Shown here one piece after another: positions 33,402-41,717 of a stretch of 64,000 nt of DNA. This DNA comes from Ruminococcus sp. (GTDB lineage Bacteria; Bacillota; Clostridia; Oscillospirales; Acutalibacteraceae). Each line of letters begins with the position of its first letter. Within the stretch, counting starts at the first letter, position 1. The translations under genes and the position numbers were made by a program. The stretch is taken from assembly GCA_017473555.1 (NCBI GenBank), contig JAFUKO010000117.1:5197-69196 (forward strand). The letters are read 5' to 3'. Under the pieces are notes generated by a model. The model ran no database searches, was not told the origin of the DNA, and worked only from the letters and a program-made list of their open reading frames with translations.

Positions 33402-35027
33402 GTGCTTGAAAATACAATTCATACGGACTGTACACACAGGTTGTACCTCACCTTTGATGATGGTACTACTAACCACTTCGTACTCGACAGCGAAGTATCA
33501 GACGGCTCGACAATCCTGAAATGGACTATCCTTCAGGAACACATTTTTAAAAGCGGTTTAATAACTGTACAGATAAAAACTTTTTGCGATGACAAGAGCA
33601 TTAGCCACACACCGCATTTTTATTTGTACGCATATGACTCAGCCGAGTATGCTGAGGGTTTTATCAAGCAAAACTCGGAATTCCTTGAGTATGAAACAAA
33701 GCTTAACTCACTTATAAGCGAGCTGGAAAAAGCGGATTTAAGCTCGTATGTTAAGAGTGACAGAAAGGTTGCGGGGCATAGTTTATCAAATGATATTCAG
33801 GCTGATGAGTTGCTGGATTCCCTTAAAACATATCCTTTAAAGCTGTTTGCTTCTACACCTACAAAAGAAACTGTAGGCAAAGTTAATCAGCTGGGTGTGT
33901 ACATTGTCTATAATACTGTTGCCAGTACCTATACAGCAGATTTATATGTATGTCGTAGTGTTAACAGCAGTGATGGTAGCTACAACTGGGTAGCTATTAA
34001 CAGCGGAGATATCTCAGACGATAAGATTGCTTCGCAAATAGCTCAGTATATAAAGGAAAATCCGCTGGAAGGTACAGGAGCTGATGGTAAATCAGCTTAT
34101 CAGGTAGCACTTGACAATGGGTTTGAAGGCACAGAGGAAGAGTGGCTTCAAAGCTTAAAAGGTGTTGATGGTCAAAATGGAAAAGACGGAGCAGATGGTG
34201 AGGATGGTATATCGCCAAGAGTCACAGCAACCCCTACAAATAATGGCTGGCAAATTACTTGCTCCGATGCTGAAGGCGTCTCGTTTGCAACTATATATAA
34301 TGGCAAAGATGGTGAAAAAGGTGACACAGGTGCTCAAGGCGAAAAAGGTGCAGATGGCAAAGACGGACAGGATGGTAAGACTCCTGTTTTGGGTGTAGAT
34401 TACTTCACTGAAGAAGACAAAACCCAGATTGCGCAGTCAGTCATTGATAGCTTGGGTGCCACACCTGTATTCGGTTATGTAGACGAGAATAACAATGTTA
34501 TTGTCAGGGGTCTTCTTTCAGATGGCACATACAACATTAAGTATGAGCTTGAAGACGGTACAACTGTCGAAATCGGTGAGCTGACACTTTCATCTGATGA
34601 GCCTGATACGTCTGTATACACTAATCAGATTCCTTTATCTACTGCGGCAGACGGAACACTCTACAACAATGGTCAGGGCTTTAAAACAGGCTATCGAATC
34701 AGTGGTTCGTCAGGTAATGAGAGCGCACAGGATGGTACAGAGGTAACAGGTTTTATTCCTGTGAAGTATGGTGATACTGTGTACCTCAAAGGTATTGTTG
34801 ACGACGGAACTCATATTATAGCTTTGTACAATTCAAATCACGAAAAGATTGTTTCATTAACTACATCTCAGATACCTGTAACTCTTGACGGAAGTGTTTC
34901 AAGCTTTACAATACCAACCGCAGCGATAACTAACGCTTCTTCAAATACAGACTACGCATTTATCAGACTCAGTGCAACACAGATAACAGCCGACTCTATC
35001 ATTACCGTAAACGAGCCGATAAAGTGA
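33402..35027 (+). CDS. Phage tail-fibre-like protein with collagen-like Gly-X-Y repeats. The true start is probably upstream at a non-canonical codon.
   Basis: GADGKSAYQVALDNGFEGTEEEWLQSLKGVDGQNGKDGADGEDG and GKDGEKGDTGAQGEKGADGKDGQDGKTPVLGVDYFTEEDK are typical of prophage tail fibres. The frame is open back to 33291 and AGGAGG sits at 33294-33299. The first ATG/GTG/TTG is the GTG at 33402. Confidence 0.7.
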   Translation: MLENTIHTDCTHRLYLTFDDGTTNHFVLDSEVSDGSTILKWTILQEHIFKSGLITVQIKTFCDDKSISHTPHFYLYAYDSAEYAEGFIKQNSEFLEYETKLNSLISELEKADLSSYVKSDRKVAGHSLSNDIQADELLDSLKTYPLKLFASTPTKETVGKVNQLGVYIVYNTVASTYTADLYVCRSVNSSDGSYNWVAINSGDISDDKIASQIAQYIKENPLEGTGADGKSAYQVALDNGFEGTEEEWLQSLKGVDGQNGKDGADGEDGISPRVTATPTNNGWQITCSDAEGVSFATIYNGKDGEKGDTGAQGEKGADGKDGQDGKTPVLGVDYFTEEDKTQIAQSVIDSLGATPVFGYVDENNNVIVRGLLSDGTYNIKYELEDGTTVEIGELTLSSDEPDTSVYTNQIPLSTAADGTLYNNGQGFKTGYRISGSSGNESAQDGTEVTGFIPVKYGDTVYLKGIVDDGTHIIALYNSNHEKIVSLTTSQIPVTLDGSVSSFTIPTAAITNASSNTDYAFIRLSATQITADSIITVNEPIK

Positions 35028-35037
35028 GGTGCTTTGT

Positions 35038-36135
35038 ATGGGTTATAAATATGACGGTTTTATTCCCGAAAACACAGCACTGAAAAATGCCAAAAAAATC
35101 GGTGTGTATGATGCGAGCGATAATAGAGTGCTGGGCATATCGCTTAGCACACTCACTCCAAAAAAAGATACACCTTTATACTCATTCGGCTTATTGTCTG
35201 ATTTACATATCGTTCAACGTGATTTAGCAGACACAATTTCTACACGCTCTACGTTGAAACTGGACAACGCTTTGTCATTCTTTGAAGAGCAAGGCTGTGA
35301 GTTTTGTTGTCACTGTGGTGATATGACAAACATCGGCTTTTATATGGAGGGCGACAGCGTAAATCTGTATCCGTATCAGTTTGAAGAATACAAACGCATT
35401 TGTGATTTACATCCTGACTTACCTGTGTATGGAGTATGCGGAAACCACGATAGCTATGTTAATCCTGTCACAGATACATTAACTGAGCTAGAGGAGTACA
35501 CAGGGCACGGACTGTATTATTCTATCAGCCACAAAAACGATGTGTTCCTCTTTATCGGTCAGCCTAAAGCAACACAGCCGATGAATGTTGAAGAATTGCA
35601 GTGGCTTTATGAACAGCTTGAAGCTAACAGAAACAAGCGTTGCTTTGTGTTTGTTCATCCGTTTGTCAGTAACGACAGCGGTAACGCTATGTCGGTTTAC
35701 GGCAATAAGATATTCGACTGGTGGGAGCACACTCCTGTATTTAAAACGCTGATGTCACACTACAAGAATACTATTTTGTTCCACGGACATTCGCATCTCA
35801 CATTTTCACATCAGGAGGATGAACAGTCAGCTAACTACACAGATAAGAATGGATTTAAGTCTGTTCACGTTCCGTCTTGTGCTAATCCAATGGAGATTGT
35901 GGATAGTCAAAGAGTAAACTCAGCGTTTCAGAGTCTTGGTTATCTCGTAGATGTATATGAGGATTGTGTTGTGCTAAGAGCCAGAGATTTTGGCGTAGTT
36001 TCAGGTAACGCTATGATAAACCCTGGGTGGGTGCCAATTGCTACATATAAAATTGACACAACAATACAGAGTGTTGAAGAGAATACTTACACTGACAGTA
36101 CAGGTACTATTGTTACCGATAAAACAGATACATAA
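35038..36135 (+). CDS. Calcineurin-like metallophosphoesterase
   Basis: Motifs in canonical order: LSDLH, GDMTN, GNHD, VHP, GHSH. The ATG at 35038 lies 5 nt after GAGGTG, and the track GTG at 35029 lies within that SD. Confidence 0.8.
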   Translation: MGYKYDGFIPENTALKNAKKIGVYDASDNRVLGISLSTLTPKKDTPLYSFGLLSDLHIVQRDLADTISTRSTLKLDNALSFFEEQGCEFCCHCGDMTNIGFYMEGDSVNLYPYQFEEYKRICDLHPDLPVYGVCGNHDSYVNPVTDTLTELEEYTGHGLYYSISHKNDVFLFIGQPKATQPMNVEELQWLYEQLEANRNKRCFVFVHPFVSNDSGNAMSVYGNKIFDWWEHTPVFKTLMSHYKNTILFHGHSHLTFSHQEDEQSANYTDKNGFKSVHVPSCANPMEIVDSQRVNSAFQSLGYLVDVYEDCVVLRARDFGVVSGNAMINPGWVPIATYKIDTTIQSVEENTYTDSTGTIVTDKTDT

Positions 36136-36144
36136 GGAGGAAAA

Positions 36145-36261
36145 ATGTTTATCCTGAATATTTTAGTGGCTGTTTTATTATTTATAGCAGGTTACCTTAC
36201 TTGTGCTATAAGAGTAGCGCTGATATCTGCAAAAGAATGGTACAAACACGATGACGACTAA
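36145..36261 (+). CDS. 38-aa single-TM peptide (not in the ORF track)
   Basis: ATG 5 nt after AAGGAGG (36134-36140). The peptide is MFILNILVAVLLFIAGYLTCAIRVALISAKEWYKHDDD: one hydrophobic helix plus a charged tail. A terminator follows. Confidence 0.5.
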   Translation: MFILNILVAVLLFIAGYLTCAIRVALISAKEWYKHDDD

Positions 36262-36281
36262 GTATTTATACATATAGTTAC

Positions 36282-36335
36282 AACCTCCCTGACAGTTTCT
36301 CATGACATAGTTGCTGTTGGGGAGGTTCTGTTTTA
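36282..36335 (+). terminator. Intrinsic terminator (long-loop hairpin)
   Basis: AACCTCCC (36282-36289) pairs with GGGAGGTT (36320-36327), followed by CTGTTTT. Confidence 0.55.
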
Positions 36336-36416
36336 TGCTATGAAATTTAACATTATTTGTTAATACCTGTTGGTTGTAGATTGAGATATCCAGTGGTATA
36401 ATACGGTACGAAAGGA

Positions 36417-36839
36417 ATGAAAAATATGAAAAATATGATTAGTGAGAATTTGAGATACTTAAGAAATATAGAGAATATGTCACAGGAGCAGTTTGCTGAA
36501 AAGCTAGGTGTTTCACGCCAGACTATAGCAAAGTGGGAAAACGGCGAGTCACTTCCTGATGTTGAGCGATGTGCAGCAATCGCATATGCGTGCGGATCAA
36601 CTATTGATGAGCTGGTTATGTGTTCGATGAACGAAAGCAGACAAAGTAAATTAGAGTCAGATAATGGTAAATACGTTTTCGGTATGGCTAAAGTCGGTGA
36701 GCGAGGTCAGGTGGTAATACCTAAACACGCTCGTGATGTGTACTCCATAAAGCCGGGCGATAAGATTCTGGTTCTGGGAGATGACCGAGGAATGGCATTC
36801 ATCAAATTGAATGGTTTTCATAAGTTTTTTGGTAAATAA
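36417..36839 (+). CDS. XRE-family HTH fused to an AbrB/SpoVT-type swapped-hairpin domain
   Basis: HTH_3 (MSQEQFAEKLGVSRQTIAKWENGESLPD) followed by GMAKVGERGQVVIPKHARDVYSIKPGDKILV. Confidence 0.75.
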   Translation: MKNMKNMISENLRYLRNIENMSQEQFAEKLGVSRQTIAKWENGESLPDVERCAAIAYACGSTIDELVMCSMNESRQSKLESDNGKYVFGMAKVGERGQVVIPKHARDVYSIKPGDKILVLGDDRGMAFIKLNGFHKFFGK

Positions 36840-36850
36840 GGGTGGTAAAA

Positions 36851-37576
36851 ATGCTTGCTATTAAAACAGAAAAACTGACAAAAAAGTATAAAGATAAAAC
36901 AGTCGTAAAAGACCTTGATTTAAGCGTTAACAAAGGCGAGATGTATGCACTCTTAGGTGTAAATGGTGCAGGTAAATCGACAACAATCAAAATGCTTTCG
37001 TGTTTAATCAAGCCTACCTGTGGCGATGCCACACTGCTTTCAAATAGCATCATCAGTGACAGCACAAAGGTTAAGCAGATTATAAGCGTTTCTCCTCAGG
37101 AAACCTCCGTTGCCCCTAATCTTACTGTAAAAGAAAATCTGGAGTTTATCGCAGGAATTTTTGGTTTTAGCCGTGCTCAGGCTAAAGCTAAAACCCAGCA
37201 GATAATCGATCAGTTTGATATGAAAGAAATCGAAAACAGCAGAGCAAAAACGCTTTCAGGCGGATGGCAACGCAGACTAAGTATTGCTATGGCACTGATT
37301 AGTGAGCCGTCTATTATTTTCCTTGATGAACCGACTCTGGGCCTTGATGTGCTTGCTCGCAGAGATTTGTGGAAACAGATTGAAAAGCTCAAGGGTAAGA
37401 TTACTATTATTCTGACCACTCACTACCTTGAAGAAGCAGAGTCACTTTCTGACCGTATCGGTATTATGGCAAATGGTATTTTAAAGGCTGAGGGTACAGC
37501 AGACGAGCTTAAAAAACTGGCTAAGACTGATGATTTTGAAGAAGCGTTTGTAAGAATTGCAGGAGATGAAATTTAA
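36851..37576 (+). CDS. ABC transporter ATP-binding protein
   Basis: Walker A GVNGAGKST, signature LSGGWQRR, Walker B IIFLDEPT. The ATG at 36851 lies 5 nt after AAGGTGG. Confidence 0.9.
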   Translation: MLAIKTEKLTKKYKDKTVVKDLDLSVNKGEMYALLGVNGAGKSTTIKMLSCLIKPTCGDATLLSNSIISDSTKVKQIISVSPQETSVAPNLTVKENLEFIAGIFGFSRAQAKAKTQQIIDQFDMKEIENSRAKTLSGGWQRRLSIAMALISEPSIIFLDEPTLGLDVLARRDLWKQIEKLKGKITIILTTHYLEEAESLSDRIGIMANGILKAEGTADELKKLAKTDDFEEAFVRIAGDEI

Positions 37577-37577
37577 A

Positions 37578-38324
37578 ATGAGAACACTTGTATTTGCATC
37601 ACGTAACACAAAGGAAATCACCCGTGATATATTCACGCTGATTTTCGGTATATTATTTCCACTTGTGCTTTTAGTATTGCTCTCGGCAATTAACTCGAGT
37701 ATTCCTGAAGGCGCTGGTATGAAGCTGTTTGAGATAACCAACCTTGTACCGGGTATATCTGTATTCGGTTTAAGTTTTATCTCGCTTTTTACAGCAACAC
37801 TTGTTTCTAAAGACAGATGTACAAGCTTTATTTTAAGATTGTTCACCTCTCCGCTGAAATCAAGCCAGTACATAGCTGGTTACACTCTGCCACTAATTCC
37901 GATGTCACTTTTGCAAATTATTGTTTGCTACATCGCTTCTTTTGCTTTCGGTCTTAAGTGGTCTGCAAATATTCTGTTGGCTATCGTTGTTAACCTGCCG
38001 ACCACAATTCTGTTTATCGCTATTGGTCTTTTGTGTGGTACAGTGTTTAACGATAAAGCTGTCGGTGGCGTGTGTGGTGCTTTACTGACTAACCTTTCAG
38101 CGTGGCTTTCGGGCACTTGGTTTGACTTGGAGCTTGTCGGCGGTGCTTTTGAAAAGATTGCTGATATGCTTCCGTTTGTACATGCTGTTAATGCAGGCAG
38201 ATATGCTCTTTATGGTGAGTATTCTAAGATTACGGGAGAGCTTTTGTGGGTCATAGGCTACGCTCTTGTTATTACAGTCATCGCAGTAATGGTATTTAGT
38301 TATAAAATGAAACAGGATAAATAA
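37578..38324 (+). CDS. ABC-2 type permease
   Basis: Six hydrophobic segments immediately downstream of the ATPase. The start is ambiguous (TTG 37557, ATG 37566, ATG 37578). Confidence 0.75.
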   Translation: MRTLVFASRNTKEITRDIFTLIFGILFPLVLLVLLSAINSSIPEGAGMKLFEITNLVPGISVFGLSFISLFTATLVSKDRCTSFILRLFTSPLKSSQYIAGYTLPLIPMSLLQIIVCYIASFAFGLKWSANILLAIVVNLPTTILFIAIGLLCGTVFNDKAVGGVCGALLTNLSAWLSGTWFDLELVGGAFEKIADMLPFVHAVNAGRYALYGEYSKITGELLWVIGYALVITVIAVMVFSYKMKQDK

Positions 38325-38325
38325 A

Positions 38326-38372
38326 AATAAAGCAACACAGCTGATTGATACAAATGCTGTGTTGCTTTTTTA
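38326..38372. terminator. Bidirectional terminator
   Basis: AAGCAACACAGC ... GCTGTGTTGCTT stem flanked by an A-run and TTTTTT. Confidence 0.8.
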
Positions 38373-38377
38373 TGTAA

Positions 38378-39055
38378 TCATAAATGCATAATATGGATGA
38401 GAATAAGCCAAGAAAGACCGTAGTAAGTAACTACTGCTACCATATCGTTAACGGTTGTAATAAGTGGACCTGATGCCACAGCAGGGTCAATTCCGATTTT
38501 CTGAAAAAGGACAGGGATGATTGTTCCAGCACATGATGAAATCGCCATAGCTACGATCATCGCAATTCCTAAGCACATCGAAATCGAGAAAGCGTATGAA
38601 GCGGAGTGTCCTGCGATACATAGATAAGCTCCGATTGCAACAAAAGACAGAATGCCTAAAATAGCACCGTTTATAAGTCCGACGTTACATTCTTTTAAGA
38701 TTAGATAAAGCTTTTTCTTTGCTGAAACATCGCTGTTCATAAGTACTCTTATAGCTACAGCAAGCGACTGTGTGCCGACATTACCCGCCATATCGAGGAT
38801 GAGCGACTGAAAGCACATTATAATTGGCAATTGTGCGACAATCGATTCAAATAGGCTCACTGTTGCAGAAACACCTGTTCCTAAAAACAGCAGAATAATG
38901 AGCCACGGTAGTCGTTTTACTATACTTTTTTGTATCGGTTCGCAAAGGTCTTGTGGGGTTGTGATAGTATGTTCGACCTTCTGTACCGATACTTTTGATA
39001 AATATTTTGCTCTTACTGTGGCGAATAAGCCACCTCTTGTTAAAACCTTGTTCAT
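38378..39055 (-). CDS. MgtE-type divalent cation transporter, transmembrane domain only
   Basis: KRLPWLIILLFLG ... LILDMAGNVGTQS ... GIDPAVASGPLITTVNDM are MgtE TM-domain motifs. At 225 aa it lacks the N-domain and CBS pair of full-length MgtE. Confidence 0.75.
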   Translation of the reverse strand: MNKVLTRGGLFATVRAKYLSKVSVQKVEHTITTPQDLCEPIQKSIVKRLPWLIILLFLGTGVSATVSLFESIVAQLPIIMCFQSLILDMAGNVGTQSLAVAIRVLMNSDVSAKKKLYLILKECNVGLINGAILGILSFVAIGAYLCIAGHSASYAFSISMCLGIAMIVAMAISSCAGTIIPVLFQKIGIDPAVASGPLITTVNDMVAVVTYYGLSWLILIHIMHL

Positions 39056-39335
39056 TGTAAGTGCCTCCTTTACACATTTTCGTAAAGGCGGTGCTACTGC
39101 TTTCCGCTAAAAAAGGGCATAAAAATACCACTGCCGAAAATTTGCACCACCTTGGTTAGTGTAGTAACTTGTTGCACAGACAATGGCCTGATATATCGTT
39201 AAGTATTGCAAAAAATACGCGATTAAACCGCAGACTGACCGTAGTCGCCTGCTGTATTACAATATACTAAAGCCATATGTGTACTTCGACTACTACTGCC
39301 GTCCATGGTTTCACCTCGCTTTTTAATAATCTTTG
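39056..39335 (-). promoter_or_regulatory. About 280-nt structured 5' leader of the mgtE-like gene (possible riboswitch; an M-box is expected from context but was not confirmed)
   Basis: There is a long gap between the predicted promoter and the ATG. The SD AAAGGAGG is partly sequestered by the hairpin CCUUUAC-N8-GUAAAGG (plus-strand coordinates 39067-39088). A repeated AGUAG/CUAC segment allows alternative pairings. A GAGGUGA near the 5' end recalls the M-box AGGUGAGG. Confidence 0.3.
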
Positions 39336-39338
39336 AGC

Positions 39339-39367
39339 ATATTAGCACATCAACTTGATAAAATCAA
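39339..39367 (-). promoter_or_regulatory. Sigma-A promoter for the mgtE-like gene
   Basis: On the minus strand, TTGATT, a 17-nt spacer, TAATAT. Confidence 0.5.
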
Positions 39368-39483
39368 CCCTTTATCGAGTTATTTAACAGTTTGTTAAAC
39401 GTTTTTATACATAACTAAAACAGGGTTGTCTTGAAAATACTCTTAATCGGATGTATACTGTGGTCAAGGAGATTGTTATTACG

Positions 39484-40071
39484 ATGAAGTGGTATAAATA
39501 CGACATAAAAGACTTAACAGAAAATGAGTATAATAAGTGGTACTCGCTTATGAGTGAAGAAAAGCAACTCAGGGTAGATAAATTTCGCTTTGAAGATGAC
39601 AAAAAGCGGACAGTAGCGGGTGAGATGCTTGCAAGAAAAGCGATTTCTGACTGGTGTTCAGTTTTGCCACAAAGTATTGTATTTGAAAACGATGAGCACT
39701 CAAAACCATATGCAAAAGGGTTATCGGTGCATTTTAATATCAGCCATTCAAAAGATATGGTTGTCTGTGCTGTAGATAACAAGCCTGTCGGTATAGATAT
39801 TGAAAAAATCAGACATATTGATTTAGCTGTTGCAAGACGTATCTGTACAAAAGAAGAGCTTTGCTATATATTTGGTCATACTAAGGACAATCAGGATTTT
39901 ACTTTGTCATCAGATAATGGAGTGCTTAAACGCTTTTTTGAGCTATGGACAGCAAAAGAAGCGAGTGTTAAATGTAGCGGAGTGGGTGTATCAGGTATAA
40001 AAACCGCCGTTGATAAATCGCATATACAGAGCTTTTACTTTGATGATTACATAGTTTCGATATATGAATAA
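39484..40071 (+). CDS. Sfp-type 4'-phosphopantetheinyl transferase
   Basis: FNISHSKDMVVCAV, PVGIDIE and WTAKEASVKCSG motifs. The start is ambiguous (39451 or 39484); the latter follows AAGGAG. Confidence 0.8.
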   Translation: MKWYKYDIKDLTENEYNKWYSLMSEEKQLRVDKFRFEDDKKRTVAGEMLARKAISDWCSVLPQSIVFENDEHSKPYAKGLSVHFNISHSKDMVVCAVDNKPVGIDIEKIRHIDLAVARRICTKEELCYIFGHTKDNQDFTLSSDNGVLKRFFELWTAKEASVKCSGVGVSGIKTAVDKSHIQSFYFDDYIVSIYE

Positions 40072-40105
40072 AAAAGGCTTCGGATTTTTTCCGAAGCCTT
40101 TTGTG
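40072..40105. terminator. Bidirectional terminator
   Basis: AAGGCTTCGGA-TTTTT-TCCGAAGCCTT stem flanked by AAAAA and TTTT. Confidence 0.8.
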
Positions 40106-40106
40106 T

Positions 40107-41582
40107 TTACTCTTGAGTATTTACAGTGAGAATATAGAACTCGTAAGGATTGTATGCTTTGTTTTCGAAGTCAGCCTTTGTGACGTCTGTTACATCTGTA
40201 TCGAAGGATGTGCCGTCGTAGTGCATAACACACTTTGCGCTTTCAAATGGTAAGTCAACACTTGCGTCTTTGATTTCCTCAAAATACAGGTTTGAAATGT
40301 AGACGACTGTATTGTTACCGCTTGTTCTTGAGAAAGCAAAAATATGTGTGTTGCTTATTTCAAGTATCTCAAGGTCGGTGTTTGTAGAATACAGCGCCTT
40401 GTTTTCTGTTCTGATTTTTGAAAGATCAGTAATAAACTGCTCATATTTCAGTTCTTTGTCCCACACAACTGCATCTTTTTCAAAGAATGCGATTTCGTGA
40501 TCATATCCCTGTTCGTTAGATGTGTAGATAAGAGGGAAACCAGGAGCAGTAAAAGAGAGTGCTAGAAGCGGTTCGTATGTATCGCCGAAACGGTCAACAA
40601 TACTGCCGTCGTATGAGTTTTTATCGTGGTTGTCGAGGTAGTTCATAGGGAAGCTGCCTTCAACATAGTTTGAATTTATAGCAATACCTTGCTGGATTGT
40701 AGAAGTAGCGACGCCACCCTTGATTGAGAGTGCCTGACCGTAAAGCTGGTCGTTGTAGCAGGTGTCGAAAGCGTATTTTGTAAGACTCTGTGCAGCAGAA
40801 ACCTCAGCGAGCATCATGATCTCGCTGTTGATACTCTTGAGCTTGTACACAGCAGCGTTCCAGAATGATACAGGAACACCGATAGCATGGTCGCATCTGA
40901 AACCGTCAACGCCTACTTCTTCAACCCAGTACTGCATGCTTTTAATCATCTCTGCACGCATCTCGTAGTTTTCAAAATCAAGCTCTGCTGTATCGGTCCA
41001 GTCATACGGAGAGGTGATTTCACCGCTGTCGCCGTGCATGAACCAGTCGTCGTGCTCTGTGACCCATGCGTTATCCCAGCCTGTGTGGTTAGCAACCCAG
41101 TCTAAGATGACCTTGAAGCCCATTTTGTGAGCCTTGTCAACAAGGTGCTGGAAGTCTTCAATGGTACCAAATTCAGGGTTTACAGCTGTATAGTCGCTTA
41201 CAGCATAGTATGAGCCCAGTGTACCCTTGCGCTCAGTTTCGCTGATAGGGTGAATCGGCATAAACCACAATGTGTTGATGCCCATATCCTTAAGACGCTC
41301 GAGGTGTTTTTCAAAAGCCTTGAATGTACCCTCTTCAGTGAACTGACGTACATTTACTTCGTAGAGAATACAGGTATCAAGCCATGAAGCGGTTGTTTTC
41401 TCAAGAATAGGGTCACTGATTGATATATCGGTCATTACACCGTCGATGACACTGCCCTCTTTAGGGTCAGCAGACATAGTGTACTCGTTCTTTTTAATTT
41501 CAACATTAGCCGTGCCTGTAGAGCAAGCGACAAGTGAAAAAATCATTGTTAAAGCGAGTAAAAATGCAAGAATTTTTTTCAT
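40107..41582 (-). CDS. GH13 alpha-amylase-family lipoprotein
   Basis: Lipobox LVAC. GH13 regions I-IV: ILDWVANHTG, GFRCDHA, MLAEV, YLDNHD. Confidence 0.9.
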   Translation of the reverse strand: MKKILAFLLALTMIFSLVACSTGTANVEIKKNEYTMSADPKEGSVIDGVMTDISISDPILEKTTASWLDTCILYEVNVRQFTEEGTFKAFEKHLERLKDMGINTLWFMPIHPISETERKGTLGSYYAVSDYTAVNPEFGTIEDFQHLVDKAHKMGFKVILDWVANHTGWDNAWVTEHDDWFMHGDSGEITSPYDWTDTAELDFENYEMRAEMIKSMQYWVEEVGVDGFRCDHAIGVPVSFWNAAVYKLKSINSEIMMLAEVSAAQSLTKYAFDTCYNDQLYGQALSIKGGVATSTIQQGIAINSNYVEGSFPMNYLDNHDKNSYDGSIVDRFGDTYEPLLALSFTAPGFPLIYTSNEQGYDHEIAFFEKDAVVWDKELKYEQFITDLSKIRTENKALYSTNTDLEILEISNTHIFAFSRTSGNNTVVYISNLYFEEIKDASVDLPFESAKCVMHYDGTSFDTDVTDVTKADFENKAYNPYEFYILTVNTQE

Positions 41583-41717
41583 AACAATACTCCTTATCGG
41601 TTTGATAAATTCATTATAAAATGAGGCGGAATATTTGTCAATGAGAATGATATACGGTGTAAAATATAGAAGGCTGACCTGCTTTTGCGGGACAGCCTTT
41701 CTTATTTGACAGAGTGT

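Noticed and set aside
36802-37873. Minus-strand ORFs 36802-37065, 37210-37419 and 37481-37873 opposite the ABC transporter genes.
   Set aside because: The + strand genes carry canonical Walker A, signature and Walker B motifs and a six-TM permease. The antisense ORFs lack any support.
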